Source: a virus
Strand: one strand, 5' to 3'
Length of the DNA stretch: 45,539 bases
Virus record (IMG/VR): IMGVR_UViG_3300045988_099253
Part shown: in pieces, positions 32,920 through 42,751 of the stretch
Layout of the letters: each line of letters begins with the position of its first letter
Position numbering within the stretch: position 1 is the first letter of the stretch
Translations under genes and position numbers: made by a program
Notes under the pieces: model-generated
The model's database searches: none
Told to the model about the DNA's origin: nothing
What the model saw: the letters and a program-made list of their open reading frames with translations, nothing else

Positions 32920-33660
32920 ATGGAGTTTATGTTAGTAGAGATTACAGGGAAAAGATATGAAGAAGTATTGACAGCATCAACACGTCAAATTGCAGAGGAT
33001 TTTGAGAAAACCCATAGAGAAGTAATATATGCAATCGAAGGCCGAACATCAGATACCGAAAGAGCAGAAGGTTTGGAGGTTAAAAACAAAGGAATCATAC
33101 CGATGCTAATTCAAGGTGGAAATCCCCACGTTGAAAATTATTTCATTGGGTCAGAATATGTCGGAGAAAACGGACGCAAGTATAAAGAATATCTTGTGAC
33201 AAGGGATGGCTTTTCTTTGTTGGCAATGGGATTTACTGGCGAAAAGGCTTTGAAGTGGAAATTAAAATATATAGAAGCCTTTAACGCAATGGAATCTGAA
33301 CTGAAACGCATTTATACAGAGCGGCAGCAATGGCAGATTGAAAGGGACAAGGGAATTATCGTCCGTCATATTTTGACTGATACCATCAAAATGAAGGTGA
33401 CTGACAGTCCACACAAGAAGGTTATGTACCCCAATTACACCAAACTGATTTATAAAACCATTTTTGGCAAGAGTATGAAAGAGCTCCAGGATCAGTACGG
33501 AGTAAAAGGGAAGGAAAGCATAAGGGAATATATAACATCGGATGAATTGAAGCAGATAGAAACTATGGAAATGCTGGTAAGCAGCCTTATAAGCTGCGGC
33601 TGGGGATACGATCAGATTAAGGTGTTTATCCAGGAAAACAGCGCAAAGATGATTGCGTAG
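32920..33660 (+). CDS. Rha-family phage regulatory protein/antirepressor-like
   Basis: STRQIAEDFEKTHREVIYAIE...YLVTRDGFSLLAMGFTGEKALKWKLKYIEAFNAME is the pRha signature. AT-rich. Confidence 0.75.
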   Translation: MEFMLVEITGKRYEEVLTASTRQIAEDFEKTHREVIYAIEGRTSDTERAEGLEVKNKGIIPMLIQGGNPHVENYFIGSEYVGENGRKYKEYLVTRDGFSLLAMGFTGEKALKWKLKYIEAFNAMESELKRIYTERQQWQIERDKGIIVRHILTDTIKMKVTDSPHKKVMYPNYTKLIYKTIFGKSMKELQDQYGVKGKESIREYITSDELKQIETMEMLVSSLISCGWGYDQIKVFIQENSAKMIA

Positions 33661-33668
33661 GTGACGCT

Positions 33669-34163
33669 ATGGCGAGAAGCAAGATAAAGCATTTTAATGG
33701 ATTTTCCGTGGTTGACGGAGATATCCGGGTAACGCTGGACATGAGCCGATTTGAAGAGCAGTTCCGGCGGGCGCAATATCAGCTTGACGGCGCGGTGATG
33801 AGCAGTATGGTTCCGTTTATGCCGATGATTACTGGGAGCTTTATTAACGCAACCAGAGCGGCCAGCGCAGCCATACAGGGATCCGGAGAAGTATATGCAG
33901 CTTATGGCCCGCAAGGCAGATTTTTATATGAGGGGAAAACGATGGTAAGCCCTTCCACTGGAAGCACATATGCCAAAAAGGGAGAAAAGAAAGTACTTGT
34001 CAGTCAGTATGGCGGAAAGACAAGGGCCAGGGAACTGTTGTCCTATACAAAACAGGCACATCCCAAAGCGCAATTCCACTGGTTTGATGCGGCCAAGAAA
34101 AAAGACGGTAAAAAGTGGGTGCGTGGCGTGAAGGAGACAGCGGGAGGTGGTAAACGTGGATAA
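33669..34163 (+). CDS. Minor capsid/tail-completion protein
   Basis: Position and size within the connector module. Confidence 0.5.
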   Translation: MARSKIKHFNGFSVVDGDIRVTLDMSRFEEQFRRAQYQLDGAVMSSMVPFMPMITGSFINATRAASAAIQGSGEVYAAYGPQGRFLYEGKTMVSPSTGSTYAKKGEKKVLVSQYGGKTRARELLSYTKQAHPKAQFHWFDAAKKKDGKKWVRGVKETAGGGKRG

Positions 34164-34662
34164 CGAATTGAAACCCATCGGGAAGGATGCCGGGGGATAT
34201 GATGTCCTTACAGAGATGATTAAGTCGCTCTTAAACTATTTCCCGGGCCTATACCCGGACGAAGAAGTAATGTTTGAGGAACTGGGAGAGGAAAGCGGTA
34301 TTGCCTTCTCAAATGACACAGGAGCGCTTGTATACGCCGAGACAGAGGATGTTTTGGGCGGTGTCCATCAGACATGCCAGTATCCTTTTTATGTAGTGTA
34401 CAGGGCTTCTGGGAGCGCCAAAGAGCGCCAGAAAATGAGCATACAGGAGTTCCTGGACACATTGGGGAAATGGATATGCCAGGAACCTGTAACCATTGGC
34501 GAATACAAATACAAGTTGGACCGCTACCCGGATTTGTCCGGGGGCAGAAAAATCACGAAGGTGACTCGGGACAACTCTTACGGGACAGACCCACAGGAGA
34601 ACGGTGTACAGGACTGGCTGCTCCCAATAACTGTATCATACACAAACGAATTTGAGAGATAG
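34147..34662 (+). CDS. Minor capsid/tail terminator-like protein
   Basis: Lies immediately upstream of the major tail protein gene. Confidence 0.5.
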   Translation: MVNVDNELKPIGKDAGGYDVLTEMIKSLLNYFPGLYPDEEVMFEELGEESGIAFSNDTGALVYAETEDVLGGVHQTCQYPFYVVYRASGSAKERQKMSIQEFLDTLGKWICQEPVTIGEYKYKLDRYPDLSGGRKITKVTRDNSYGTDPQENGVQDWLLPITVSYTNEFER

Positions 34663-34674
34663 GAGATTAAGAAA

Positions 34675-35205
34675 ATGGCGAAATGGACCTATGCTGCCGG
34701 AGAGGCAAAAAGAAAAGATTTTATGGTGTTCTGGATCGTTGACGGATCCGACAATGTAACAGGCAAGGAAAATCTGGAGATCATCGGAAAAGGCGTGGAG
34801 GATATGCCGATTTCCATGAACGCAGAAACCGAGGAGAGCCAGGACGTACTGGGTAACAACAACTATGACATCACCGGATACGCCGAGAGTATGACAGTAG
34901 ACCCGCTGAATGTGTCTGGCGAAAGCAAGTACGCACAGAAGATTGACGAGCTGATGGAGAACAGGGCTACACTGTCGGATCTGCACCTCAAATATCTCTG
35001 TGTAAAGAGATACAAAACTGATGAGAGCAAAAAAATGCGTGCCTGGATCCAGGAGGGCGTGGTGGAACTGGGTGACTTTGCTGGCGGCCTTAAGGGCGTA
35101 TCTGCAACCCATACCGTGCACTACGTTGGGGACAGGATCCTGGGAGTAGTAGACCCGGCCACGATGGCATTTACGTCGGACGCCGCAGCTGCAATGGCAT
35201 TATAA
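34675..35205 (+). CDS. Major tail protein
   Basis: 176 aa, followed by chaperone genes and the tape measure gene. Confidence 0.7.
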   Translation: MAKWTYAAGEAKRKDFMVFWIVDGSDNVTGKENLEIIGKGVEDMPISMNAETEESQDVLGNNNYDITGYAESMTVDPLNVSGESKYAQKIDELMENRATLSDLHLKYLCVKRYKTDESKKMRAWIQEGVVELGDFAGGLKGVSATHTVHYVGDRILGVVDPATMAFTSDAAAAMAL

Positions 35206-35214
35206 GGAGGGAGC

Positions 35215-35685
35215 ATGGAAAATATCAAAGTAAGTATTGAGAGCCCAGTAAAATATTACGACTTCGTGGACCAGCACGGAGAGGCGTTAGCCACTCTGCG
35301 GTTTGTCCCCACGGACATTGATATCATCGAGAGATACCGAGAGGCGTCTGTGGTGTTTGAAAAAATGCGTGATGAACTGGAAAAGGTCGAGAGAGATAAG
35401 CTCTCGGAAGATGAGGCTGTGGCTCTTAAAAATAGATATGCCGCTGAATTAAAGGAGCGTTTTGACGAGCTTTTCAAGGCCGACACTTCCGGCCTGTTTG
35501 ATGTCGCAAGTCCGTTCACGCCGCTTGAAAATGGAGAGACATGGGCACTGGTGATTTTAAAAAGTGTCCAGAAAATCGTTGAAGAGGCAACAGGAAAAAG
35601 CTTTGAAGCCATGCAGAGTAAAGCATCAAAATATACCGAGAAATACCATGCGGGACCGGGGAAATACCCGTTCCCGACAAAGTAG
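35215..35685 (+). CDS. Tail assembly chaperone
   Basis: Acidic 156-aa protein between the major tail and tape measure genes. Confidence 0.6.
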   Translation: MENIKVSIESPVKYYDFVDQHGEALATLRFVPTDIDIIERYREASVVFEKMRDELEKVERDKLSEDEAVALKNRYAAELKERFDELFKADTSGLFDVASPFTPLENGETWALVILKSVQKIVEEATGKSFEAMQSKASKYTEKYHAGPGKYPFPTK

Positions 35686-36251
35686 TGGCGGCCTGGGATC
35701 TGCCGTATAGCCTTAACGTGGGAGGCGTGGACTATGAGATACGGGAGGATTTCCGGGCGGTACTGGACATCTTGACAGCGTTTAGCGATGACGAGCTGAA
35801 CGAAAAAGAAAAGACCCAGGCCATGATAGAGATCCTGTATTATCCGGTCCTGCCTCCGCCAGAGGCACTGGAAGAAGCCGCTGAGGCCGCCAGATGGTTT
35901 ATCGACTGTGGAATCACACGGGAAGAGGAACAGCCCACAGCCCGCACAATGGACTGGGAACAGGATGCCGGGATAATCTTCCCTGCGGTCAATAAAATCG
36001 CCGGATTCGAGACCAGGGGCCGCCAGACGATACACTGGTGGACGTTTTACGGCTGGTTTATGGAGATTGACGACGGACTTTTTTCCCAGGTGCTTTCCAT
36101 ACGGCAGAAATTAGTAAAGGGCAAGAAACTGGAGAAGTGGGAACAGGAATTTTTGAGGAATAATCAGAAACTTTGCGAGCTTAAAGGAGCCGCAAACGGA
36201 ACACAGGGAGACTATGAGTTTTTCGCTGAGTTATTGAGGCGAGGTGAGTAA
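35685..36251 (+). CDS. Gp15-like tail assembly protein
   Basis: LPYSLNVGGVDYEIREDFRAVLDIL..F.D.EL...EK pattern of Phage_Gp15. Confidence 0.6.
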   Translation: MAAWDLPYSLNVGGVDYEIREDFRAVLDILTAFSDDELNEKEKTQAMIEILYYPVLPPPEALEEAAEAARWFIDCGITREEEQPTARTMDWEQDAGIIFPAVNKIAGFETRGRQTIHWWTFYGWFMEIDDGLFSQVLSIRQKLVKGKKLEKWEQEFLRNNQKLCELKGAANGTQGDYEFFAELLRRGE

Positions 36252-36253
36252 TT

Positions 36254-39181
36254 TTGAAGCCGGATGGAACCGTTGTAATTGACACAAAATTGAATACAAA
36301 TGGACTAGAAGCTGGATCTCATGACGCAGAACAGGAAATAAGGAGAATGGCTCAAGCCATCCAAGATTTGAGCACTACATCCAAGATTGCACTTCAGCGC
36401 CAGGTAAATCAATTTGTCAAGTTGAATTCTGCTTATGCTCAAAACGAAAAAAAACTGAAACAGCTGGAAGAAGAGATGGCTCTCTATGGAGAAACCAAGA
36501 TTCCTACACAAGAATATTCAAATGCCGAAAAAGAAATCCAGAAAATAAGTCAAGCACTGGATCGCGCAATAGAACGTCAGATAAAATTCTACGAAACTGG
36601 AGGAAATATAAAGAGCCGTGCTTTTGCGGGAATGGAATATGATATTGAACGGTTAAGCCGGCAGTTGGATGAGGCTAACGAAAGAAAAAAACAGCTCGTT
36701 TCCAGTGGAAAGGCTTTCACTTTGGGCAAGGATACTGATAAGTTTTCTCAAATGTCTGTCAGATATGAAAAGGAAAGTCAGAAACTGGCGAATACAAGCG
36801 CTATTCTGGGTACGACATTTGCAAAAGTAGAGGACGAACTGAATAAGTATAAAGAAAGACTGAGGGGAATAGATAACAGCCAGAAAAAGGCGCAAAAGAG
36901 TGGAAAAAAATTCAATAATGAACTAAGAAGTACGGGAAAAAATGCTAAAAAAGCCCAATACAGCATAGGGCGTATGCTTGCAACATCCATTCTCTTTAGC
37001 ACCGTATTCCGGGCAATATCTATGGTCACAGCCGGGCTTAAAGAAGGGATGGACAACCTGGCGCAGTATTCGGATGATACAAACCTGGCCCTGTCGCTGC
37101 TGTTGTCGGCTGTGACTCAGCTTAAAAATGCGTTTGCAACGGCGTTTAGCCCGCTTATAGAGTTCGTGGCTCCGGCCCTTGCCCAGTTTATCAATCTTTT
37201 ATCCCAGGCTGTAACCTGGACGGCGCAGCTCCTGGCAGCCCTTACCGGGAAGGATACGTTTGTTAAAGCGGTAAAAGTACAGCAAGATTATGCAGATAGC
37301 CTTGACAAGACAAAGAACGAAACCGAAGAGGCGGCGGATGCGACAGAAAAAAGCCTGGCTCCTTTTGACCAGCTTATCCAGCTCACACAGAAAAAGAAAG
37401 ACAAGGATAAGGATAAAAACGAATTAAAGCCGGAAGATATGTTTGTTACCGAGGAAGTATCCAACGGTATAAAGGTTCAAGCCGACACAATCAAAGAAAC
37501 ATTCGGACAATTATTTGCGCCGCTTAAACAATCGTGGGAAGAAAATGGTCCACAGGTTTTATCATCTGTAAAAAATCTCTTCTCCGCAATCAAACAGCTT
37601 GCTGGTGATGTAGGCGCATCATTTATGCAAGTGTGGAATGCTGAAGGATATGGCAAGGCCATCACAGATGATTTGCTGGTTACGTTTTCAAATCTTGTGG
37701 ATACAGTCGCTAACTTAATCACAAATTTTGATAAGGCCTGGGTATCCGGAGGAACTGGAACAAGTATACTCCGACATTTAGGAGACATTATACTCGAAAT
37801 AACCGGCTTCTTTAGGGCCGCATCAGAAAGCCTTAAAGAATGGTCTGCGGATCTTGACTTTACCCCGCTTCTAAGGAGTTTTGACAATGTATTGATCGCC
37901 ATAAGGCCGATTGTTTCGGATGTTGGAGATAATTTATTGTGGATGCTTAATGAGGTTCTGTTGCCTATCGCTGCATGGGGAGTGGAACAAGCTCTTCCAG
38001 AAGCGTTTAATTTGATTGCTGCCGCATTAAGGGTAGTACATAGCGTACTTGAGGCTTTGAAACCTTTAGGAATGTGGCTATGGGATAATTTCCTTAAGCC
38101 ATTAGGGCAGTGGACAGGATCAGTGATAATTGCAGCACTTAAAAAAATTACAGAATGTTTGGAAAGGTTCTCTGGATGGATTTCCGAAAATCAATCAGTA
38201 GTACAAACTGGAGCAATAACAGTGGCTGCCTTTTTTGCGGCCTGGAAAATAACAGAGATGCTTTCATTTATACAGCAGTCTGGCGGTGTTGTAAAAGCAC
38301 TGGAAAACATTACAAAGGCTGTTGCTGGATCAACTTTGGCTAAAATCAAGGATTCGGCGGAAACGGCGTATCTCAATGCTTTATATGCAAAAGATTTTTT
38401 GACCAATATAGTCAAGGCAACATCTGAGGTTGTTAAGCATACAGCACAGTTTATTAAGTCAACAGCAGCAAAATGGGCGGAGGTAGCAGCTCAGAAGGCT
38501 TTAACTCTTGCTACACAAGCGTGGAACGGGATTTGTTCCGCCGCAAGGGCGGCTACAACATTCTTTTCCAGCTCAATGGGAACTCTGGCAATAAAAATAG
38601 GGGCGGTCCTTGTTGTATTTAAAGCAATCTATGAATTGGCATCTATGGTATCCAGGGCATGGGATAAAATGACTCCAGATGAAAGAGTGGCAACAAAAAT
38701 TATTGCTGTGGCCGGGGCCATCGCTTTGGTAGTTGCTGCCGCCGCCGCATTTATGCACGACTATGCAACATTGGCAATCGCTGGTTCTATAGCGGCCATA
38801 GCCGGGCTTTCGATAGCCGGAATATCATCGGGAGCCAGCAGCAGAAGTGCCTCATATTCACGTTCTGGATATTCCCTTGATACTTATTCCACAATCCCCT
38901 ATAAGATGCCCCGCCTGGCCACTGGAACGGTAGTACCGCCCAGAGCCGGAGAGTTTGCGGCTATCCTGGGAGATAACAAGCGTGAGACTGAGGTGGTATC
39001 GCCGCTATCCACGATGAAACAGGCGTTAAAAGAAGCGCTCTCTGAGAGCGGATTTGGTGCGGGAGAACGAGATATCAACATCGAACTGGTACTTGACGGG
39101 CAACGCTTTGCCCGGGCTGTGTACAAGGCCAATAACCAGGAGAAGCAGCGTGTAGGTGTAAGGATGGTGACGAATGGATAA
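36254..39181 (+). CDS. Tape measure protein
   Basis: 975 aa with coiled coil, multiple TM-like hydrophobic stretches and the expected position. Confidence 0.9.
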   Translation: MKPDGTVVIDTKLNTNGLEAGSHDAEQEIRRMAQAIQDLSTTSKIALQRQVNQFVKLNSAYAQNEKKLKQLEEEMALYGETKIPTQEYSNAEKEIQKISQALDRAIERQIKFYETGGNIKSRAFAGMEYDIERLSRQLDEANERKKQLVSSGKAFTLGKDTDKFSQMSVRYEKESQKLANTSAILGTTFAKVEDELNKYKERLRGIDNSQKKAQKSGKKFNNELRSTGKNAKKAQYSIGRMLATSILFSTVFRAISMVTAGLKEGMDNLAQYSDDTNLALSLLLSAVTQLKNAFATAFSPLIEFVAPALAQFINLLSQAVTWTAQLLAALTGKDTFVKAVKVQQDYADSLDKTKNETEEAADATEKSLAPFDQLIQLTQKKKDKDKDKNELKPEDMFVTEEVSNGIKVQADTIKETFGQLFAPLKQSWEENGPQVLSSVKNLFSAIKQLAGDVGASFMQVWNAEGYGKAITDDLLVTFSNLVDTVANLITNFDKAWVSGGTGTSILRHLGDIILEITGFFRAASESLKEWSADLDFTPLLRSFDNVLIAIRPIVSDVGDNLLWMLNEVLLPIAAWGVEQALPEAFNLIAAALRVVHSVLEALKPLGMWLWDNFLKPLGQWTGSVIIAALKKITECLERFSGWISENQSVVQTGAITVAAFFAAWKITEMLSFIQQSGGVVKALENITKAVAGSTLAKIKDSAETAYLNALYAKDFLTNIVKATSEVVKHTAQFIKSTAAKWAEVAAQKALTLATQAWNGICSAARAATTFFSSSMGTLAIKIGAVLVVFKAIYELASMVSRAWDKMTPDERVATKIIAVAGAIALVVAAAAAFMHDYATLAIAGSIAAIAGLSIAGISSGASSRSASYSRSGYSLDTYSTIPYKMPRLATGTVVPPRAGEFAAILGDNKRETEVVSPLSTMKQALKEALSESGFGAGERDINIELVLDGQRFARAVYKANNQEKQRVGVRMVTNG

Positions 39182-39575
39182 CACGGTATTTACCATTGAT
39201 GGGCTTAATCTGAGACTCTGGGTAACAGAGCTTAAACGGTCATTTGCGGTAACGGACACGGAAAATTCTGGCCGTGTCCAGTCCTACCGGATGCACCGGG
39301 ACATTATCGGGACCTTTTACAATTACACCCTAAAAATCGACCCGGAAAGAAGCAATCCGGCAGACTATGATACCTTTTACGAGATCATCTCCTCCCCGAC
39401 AGAATCTCATGAACTGGAATTCCCATACGGCCAGGAAACGTTGTCATTTTCCGCCTATGTTACCAGCGGAGAAGATGGTCTCAGAATCAACCAGAAGGCA
39501 CCAGACGGGCAGAAAAACCGCTGGAGCGGGCTGTCCGTCACGTTTACTGCAATGGAGCCGCAGAGGAGGCCGTAG
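39174..39575 (+). CDS. Distal tail protein-like
   Basis: First gene after the tape measure gene. Confidence 0.5.
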   Translation: MDNTVFTIDGLNLRLWVTELKRSFAVTDTENSGRVQSYRMHRDIIGTFYNYTLKIDPERSNPADYDTFYEIISSPTESHELEFPYGQETLSFSAYVTSGEDGLRINQKAPDGQKNRWSGLSVTFTAMEPQRRP

Positions 39576-41363
39576 ATGTTTTTTAAAATTGTAGACAGGG
39601 ACCCGCCGAAAGCCGGAGAGGGGATAAAAATTGTATACGATGATGTGGCCCCATATGCCAAGGAAAACAGTACCCCACAGGTAGTCAAGGCTGGATTGTA
39701 TCCCCACAAGGGATTGTATCCCCGTAAGGGCCTGTATCCGGCCAAAACAACGATAGAGAGAGAGTTCCCGGACCTCCGCCGGGACGATCTCTCCTATCCC
39801 GGATACGCCCTGTGTTATCCTGGATTTTCTCTCCTTAACGGGCAGTATATCAACTTTCCAGACAAGCCAGCGGATTATGGATATGTCAGTGCCGAGTATT
39901 CGGACGAGAACGGGAACCTGGCATACAACTTCTCCAGGGCGGGGCTCCGGCCCCATTCCGGCTTGTACCCAAGAATCCTTCTTTATCCGGTCAAAACAGA
40001 GTCCTGGCGTATGGAGTATCCGGCACTGACCATCTCATTCAACGGAAAATTCTCCAGTGTAGGTATCCTTCTCACCTTTAACATGATGTCTGGAGACTAC
40101 GCCAAAGATATCAATATCAAGTGGTACGATGGGACCACTCTGCTGAGCGAAAAGGACTTTGTGGCCGATGATGTGCGGTATTTTTGCAGCAATTATGTGC
40201 GGTCGTATAACCGCATTATACTGACGTTCAAAACGACATCCAGGCCGTACCGCCCGGTCTTTTTGACCAGGATTGACTATGGCATTTACAGAGACTTTCT
40301 GGACGACGAGCTGCTCCAGACAGAGTGCCTCCAGGAAATCAACGCCATATCAGAAAATATCAGCGTAAATACACTGTCCTTTACCGTCCGAACAAAGAGT
40401 AATATCCCCTTTGATTTGCAGAAAAAGCAGAGGCTCGGCCTGTATTTTGATGGGAAGTTACTCGGAAATTTCTATTTGAAGAACGGGGCCAGGAAAAACA
40501 AGACCGACTACTACATGGATTCACATGACGCTGTCGGGATCCTGGATGGTAACGAATATCCGGGCGGGATTTATTCCGGGCAGAAAGTAGCTGATGTAAT
40601 TCAAGAGATCTTTGGCGGAGAGGATTTTAATTATTATCTGGATACAGCGTATGCAAACACCACATTGACCGGGTACATACCGTATACCACAAAGCGTAAT
40701 GCTCTTGTGCAGATTGCTTTTGCCATTGGTGCGGTGGTAGATACCAGTAATTCGGATCATGTATCCATATATCCGCAGCAGACGGAAGTAACGGCTGAGT
40801 TTTCCGGTGATGATACATTCACGGGCCTCACGTTGGAGCACAGTGACATCGTGACTGGGATCCGGCTTACTGTACACAGCTACCAGGAATCAAGCGAAGA
40901 AGAGGAGCTGTACAATGACACTCTGTCCGGTACCGCCGAGATCGTCTTTGGGGACCCACACCACCATCTGACCATCACTGGCGGCACGATCAAGAGCAGC
41001 GGCGCAAATTACGCAGTTATCACCGGCACCGGTGGCACGGTAACGCTTAAGGGAAAGAAGTACAACCACCTTACGAATCAGCTTACCAGGGACAATCCAG
41101 ATATTGTATATAACCGAAATATCAAGGAGATTACAGATGCCACTCTGGTGCATTCCGGGAACGCAGAAGCTGTGATTAACAGGGTCTATGCGTATTATCA
41201 GCGGGCGGAGAGTGTGGTTGGCGATGTGCTGCTGAAAAACCGTGTTCTGGGCGAGGTAGTGAGCGCTGATACCGGCTATGACGGCAAGCGTACCGGAACC
41301 CTGGAGAGCATAGATTACAGCTTCACAAAAGAGATAAAAGCGAGGGTGGTAATCCATGAGTAG
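39576..41363 (+). CDS. Tail-associated/baseplate protein (Tal-position) with GLYPxK hexapeptide repeats
   Basis: 595 aa, second gene after the tape measure gene. Confidence 0.65.
   Translation: MFFKIVDRDPPKAGEGIKIVYDDVAPYAKENSTPQVVKAGLYPHKGLYPRKGLYPAKTTIEREFPDLRRDDLSYPGYALCYPGFSLLNGQYINFPDKPADYGYVSAEYSDENGNLAYNFSRAGLRPHSGLYPRILLYPVKTESWRMEYPALTISFNGKFSSVGILLTFNMMSGDYAKDINIKWYDGTTLLSEKDFVADDVRYFCSNYVRSYNRIILTFKTTSRPYRPVFLTRIDYGIYRDFLDDELLQTECLQEINAISENISVNTLSFTVRTKSNIPFDLQKKQRLGLYFDGKLLGNFYLKNGARKNKTDYYMDSHDAVGILDGNEYPGGIYSGQKVADVIQEIFGGEDFNYYLDTAYANTTLTGYIPYTTKRNALVQIAFAIGAVVDTSNSDHVSIYPQQTEVTAEFSGDDTFTGLTLEHSDIVTGIRLTVHSYQESSEEEELYNDTLSGTAEIVFGDPHHHLTITGGTIKSSGANYAVITGTGGTVTLKGKKYNHLTNQLTRDNPDIVYNRNIKEITDATLVHSGNAEAVINRVYAYYQRAESVVGDVLLKNRVLGEVVSADTGYDGKRTGTLESIDYSFTKEIKARVVIHE
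39693..39746 (+). repeat. 3 x 18-bp coding tandem repeat (GLYPHK GLYPRK GLYPAK). A diverged second set lies at 39942-39995.
   Basis: Read directly. Confidence 0.85.
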
Positions 41364-41799
41364 ATTTATTGACCCATTAATATTTGACCGGGTCCAGGCA
41401 GACGTAGACCAGATGACAAAAAAGGCATACATCGCATACGACGACCTTAACCGGGTGGAAAATGCGGTGTGGCAGATATCGGAAACCCTTAACCACATGG
41501 GATACCGGAATACGATTGTAAGGAGAGATGCCTGGAAGATGGATGATTTCCGGACAGAGGCTGATATGGTCCGGCTCCGGAATAATATCCAGGCGATCCG
41601 CAACGCATATTACACCCCTTCCAGTACGCCACTTACGCCGGACCGAATCACCTACACGTCCATATACCAGGCGAATGCGATAGAAAAAATACTGTATGAT
41701 CTGGGGACGCTTGTGGATAAGATAGAGCCCGGCCACCATCATCTGGGATTCCGGATAGGGACCCGGGCACTGGGAAACAGGAGGGAAACATGGCCTTAA
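41356..41799 (+). CDS. Tail/baseplate accessory protein
   Basis: The DRVQADVDQMTKKAYIAYDDLNRVENAV pattern is common in Clostridia phage tail modules. Confidence 0.55.
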   Translation: MSRFIDPLIFDRVQADVDQMTKKAYIAYDDLNRVENAVWQISETLNHMGYRNTIVRRDAWKMDDFRTEADMVRLRNNIQAIRNAYYTPSSTPLTPDRITYTSIYQANAIEKILYDLGTLVDKIEPGHHHLGFRIGTRALGNRRETWP

Positions 41800-42329
41800 A
41801 AACCAACTACCAGAATGACGTTTTCTCCGGCAAGAGAAAATACAATCTGACTAACAACTCAGACGGGACTATCAGCCTGGATGATGTGACGGTCTACAAC
41901 AAAGTCGGAGATATATTTAATGCGGACGATATTAATGCCACGAATAAAGTGGTGAATGAAACATCGGCCGGATTTGAGGCGGTAAAACAGGACAATGCCA
42001 AATTTAAAGAAAAGGTAAACAGACAGGTAACTGGATTGACAAATGATGTTGGAGCCATTAAGGCGGTAAAAACAGTGACACTGCCCGCATCAAAATGGAG
42101 CACTTCGGCCCCATACACGCAGACAGTAACGGTATCCGGTGTTACAGCGGAGGACAGCCCAGTGATCGCCTTGTATATCTCTGGCAGCCCAGGCGCAGCA
42201 GCTGTGAAAGCGATGCGAAAGGCATTCGGATATCTGGACCGGGCTGTTACCGGAAACGGATCCATCACATTTTACTGCTACGAGAAAAAGCCGGCTGCCG
42301 ACTTTAGCGTATCGGTTAAGGGGGAGTAA
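41790..42329 (+). CDS. Tail fibre-like protein
   Basis: KTNYQNDVF...DDINATNKVVNE motif. Confidence 0.55.
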   Translation: MALKTNYQNDVFSGKRKYNLTNNSDGTISLDDVTVYNKVGDIFNADDINATNKVVNETSAGFEAVKQDNAKFKEKVNRQVTGLTNDVGAIKAVKTVTLPASKWSTSAPYTQTVTVSGVTAEDSPVIALYISGSPGAAAVKAMRKAFGYLDRAVTGNGSITFYCYEKKPAADFSVSVKGE

Positions 42330-42331
42330 AA

Positions 42332-42748
42332 ATGGAATGTTTACTGATGCAAAGCGGGAGCGGGTTTGACCCGGCGGAGGTCACCGCGACTCCCGGAAGT
42401 GTAAAAAGCGGGAAGAAATTCCTGGGCGCTGGGAGCGATGACGTACAGACCGGAACGCTTGCCACGGTCCCCAAAGTGGATGTAAAACTGGGAATCAATG
42501 AGTCCTATGCCATCAAACCCGGATATCATACCGGGGAGGACGTGGTATCTCAGTCCGGGATCCCGACATCACAGGGGCTGTCGATCAACCCCACCGCCGG
42601 GGGCCAGACTGTGCAAACGGCTGGCACTTATTACACATCGGACACATACGTCCAGAGTATTGAAAACCTCCGACCGGAGGTGATAAAGGATGGCGTCGTA
42701 ATCGCAGACATCACCGGGACGTACCAGGGATTTGTAGATGAGGGGTAG
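42332..42748 (+). CDS. Tail fibre-like protein
   Basis: TATPGSVKSGKKFLGAGSDDVQTGTL motif, shared with 42752-43651. Confidence 0.55.
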   Translation: MECLLMQSGSGFDPAEVTATPGSVKSGKKFLGAGSDDVQTGTLATVPKVDVKLGINESYAIKPGYHTGEDVVSQSGIPTSQGLSINPTAGGQTVQTAGTYYTSDTYVQSIENLRPEVIKDGVVIADITGTYQGFVDEG

Positions 42749-42751
42749 AAT

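Noticed and set aside
35256-36035. Long antisense ORFs (35256-36035, 259 aa; 40890-41603, 237 aa; 28623-29144; 29212-29748; 39444-39956; 26049-26501)
   Set aside because: They lie opposite well-supported structural genes, lack SD sequences and have Ser/Leu/Arg-rich shadow-frame composition.
35215-36251. A programmed -1 frameshift (G/GT) in the tail assembly chaperone genes
   Set aside because: The second ORF has its own GTG overlapping the TAG stop and matches an independent Gp15-like family. I could not find a convincing slippery heptamer near the end of the first ORF.
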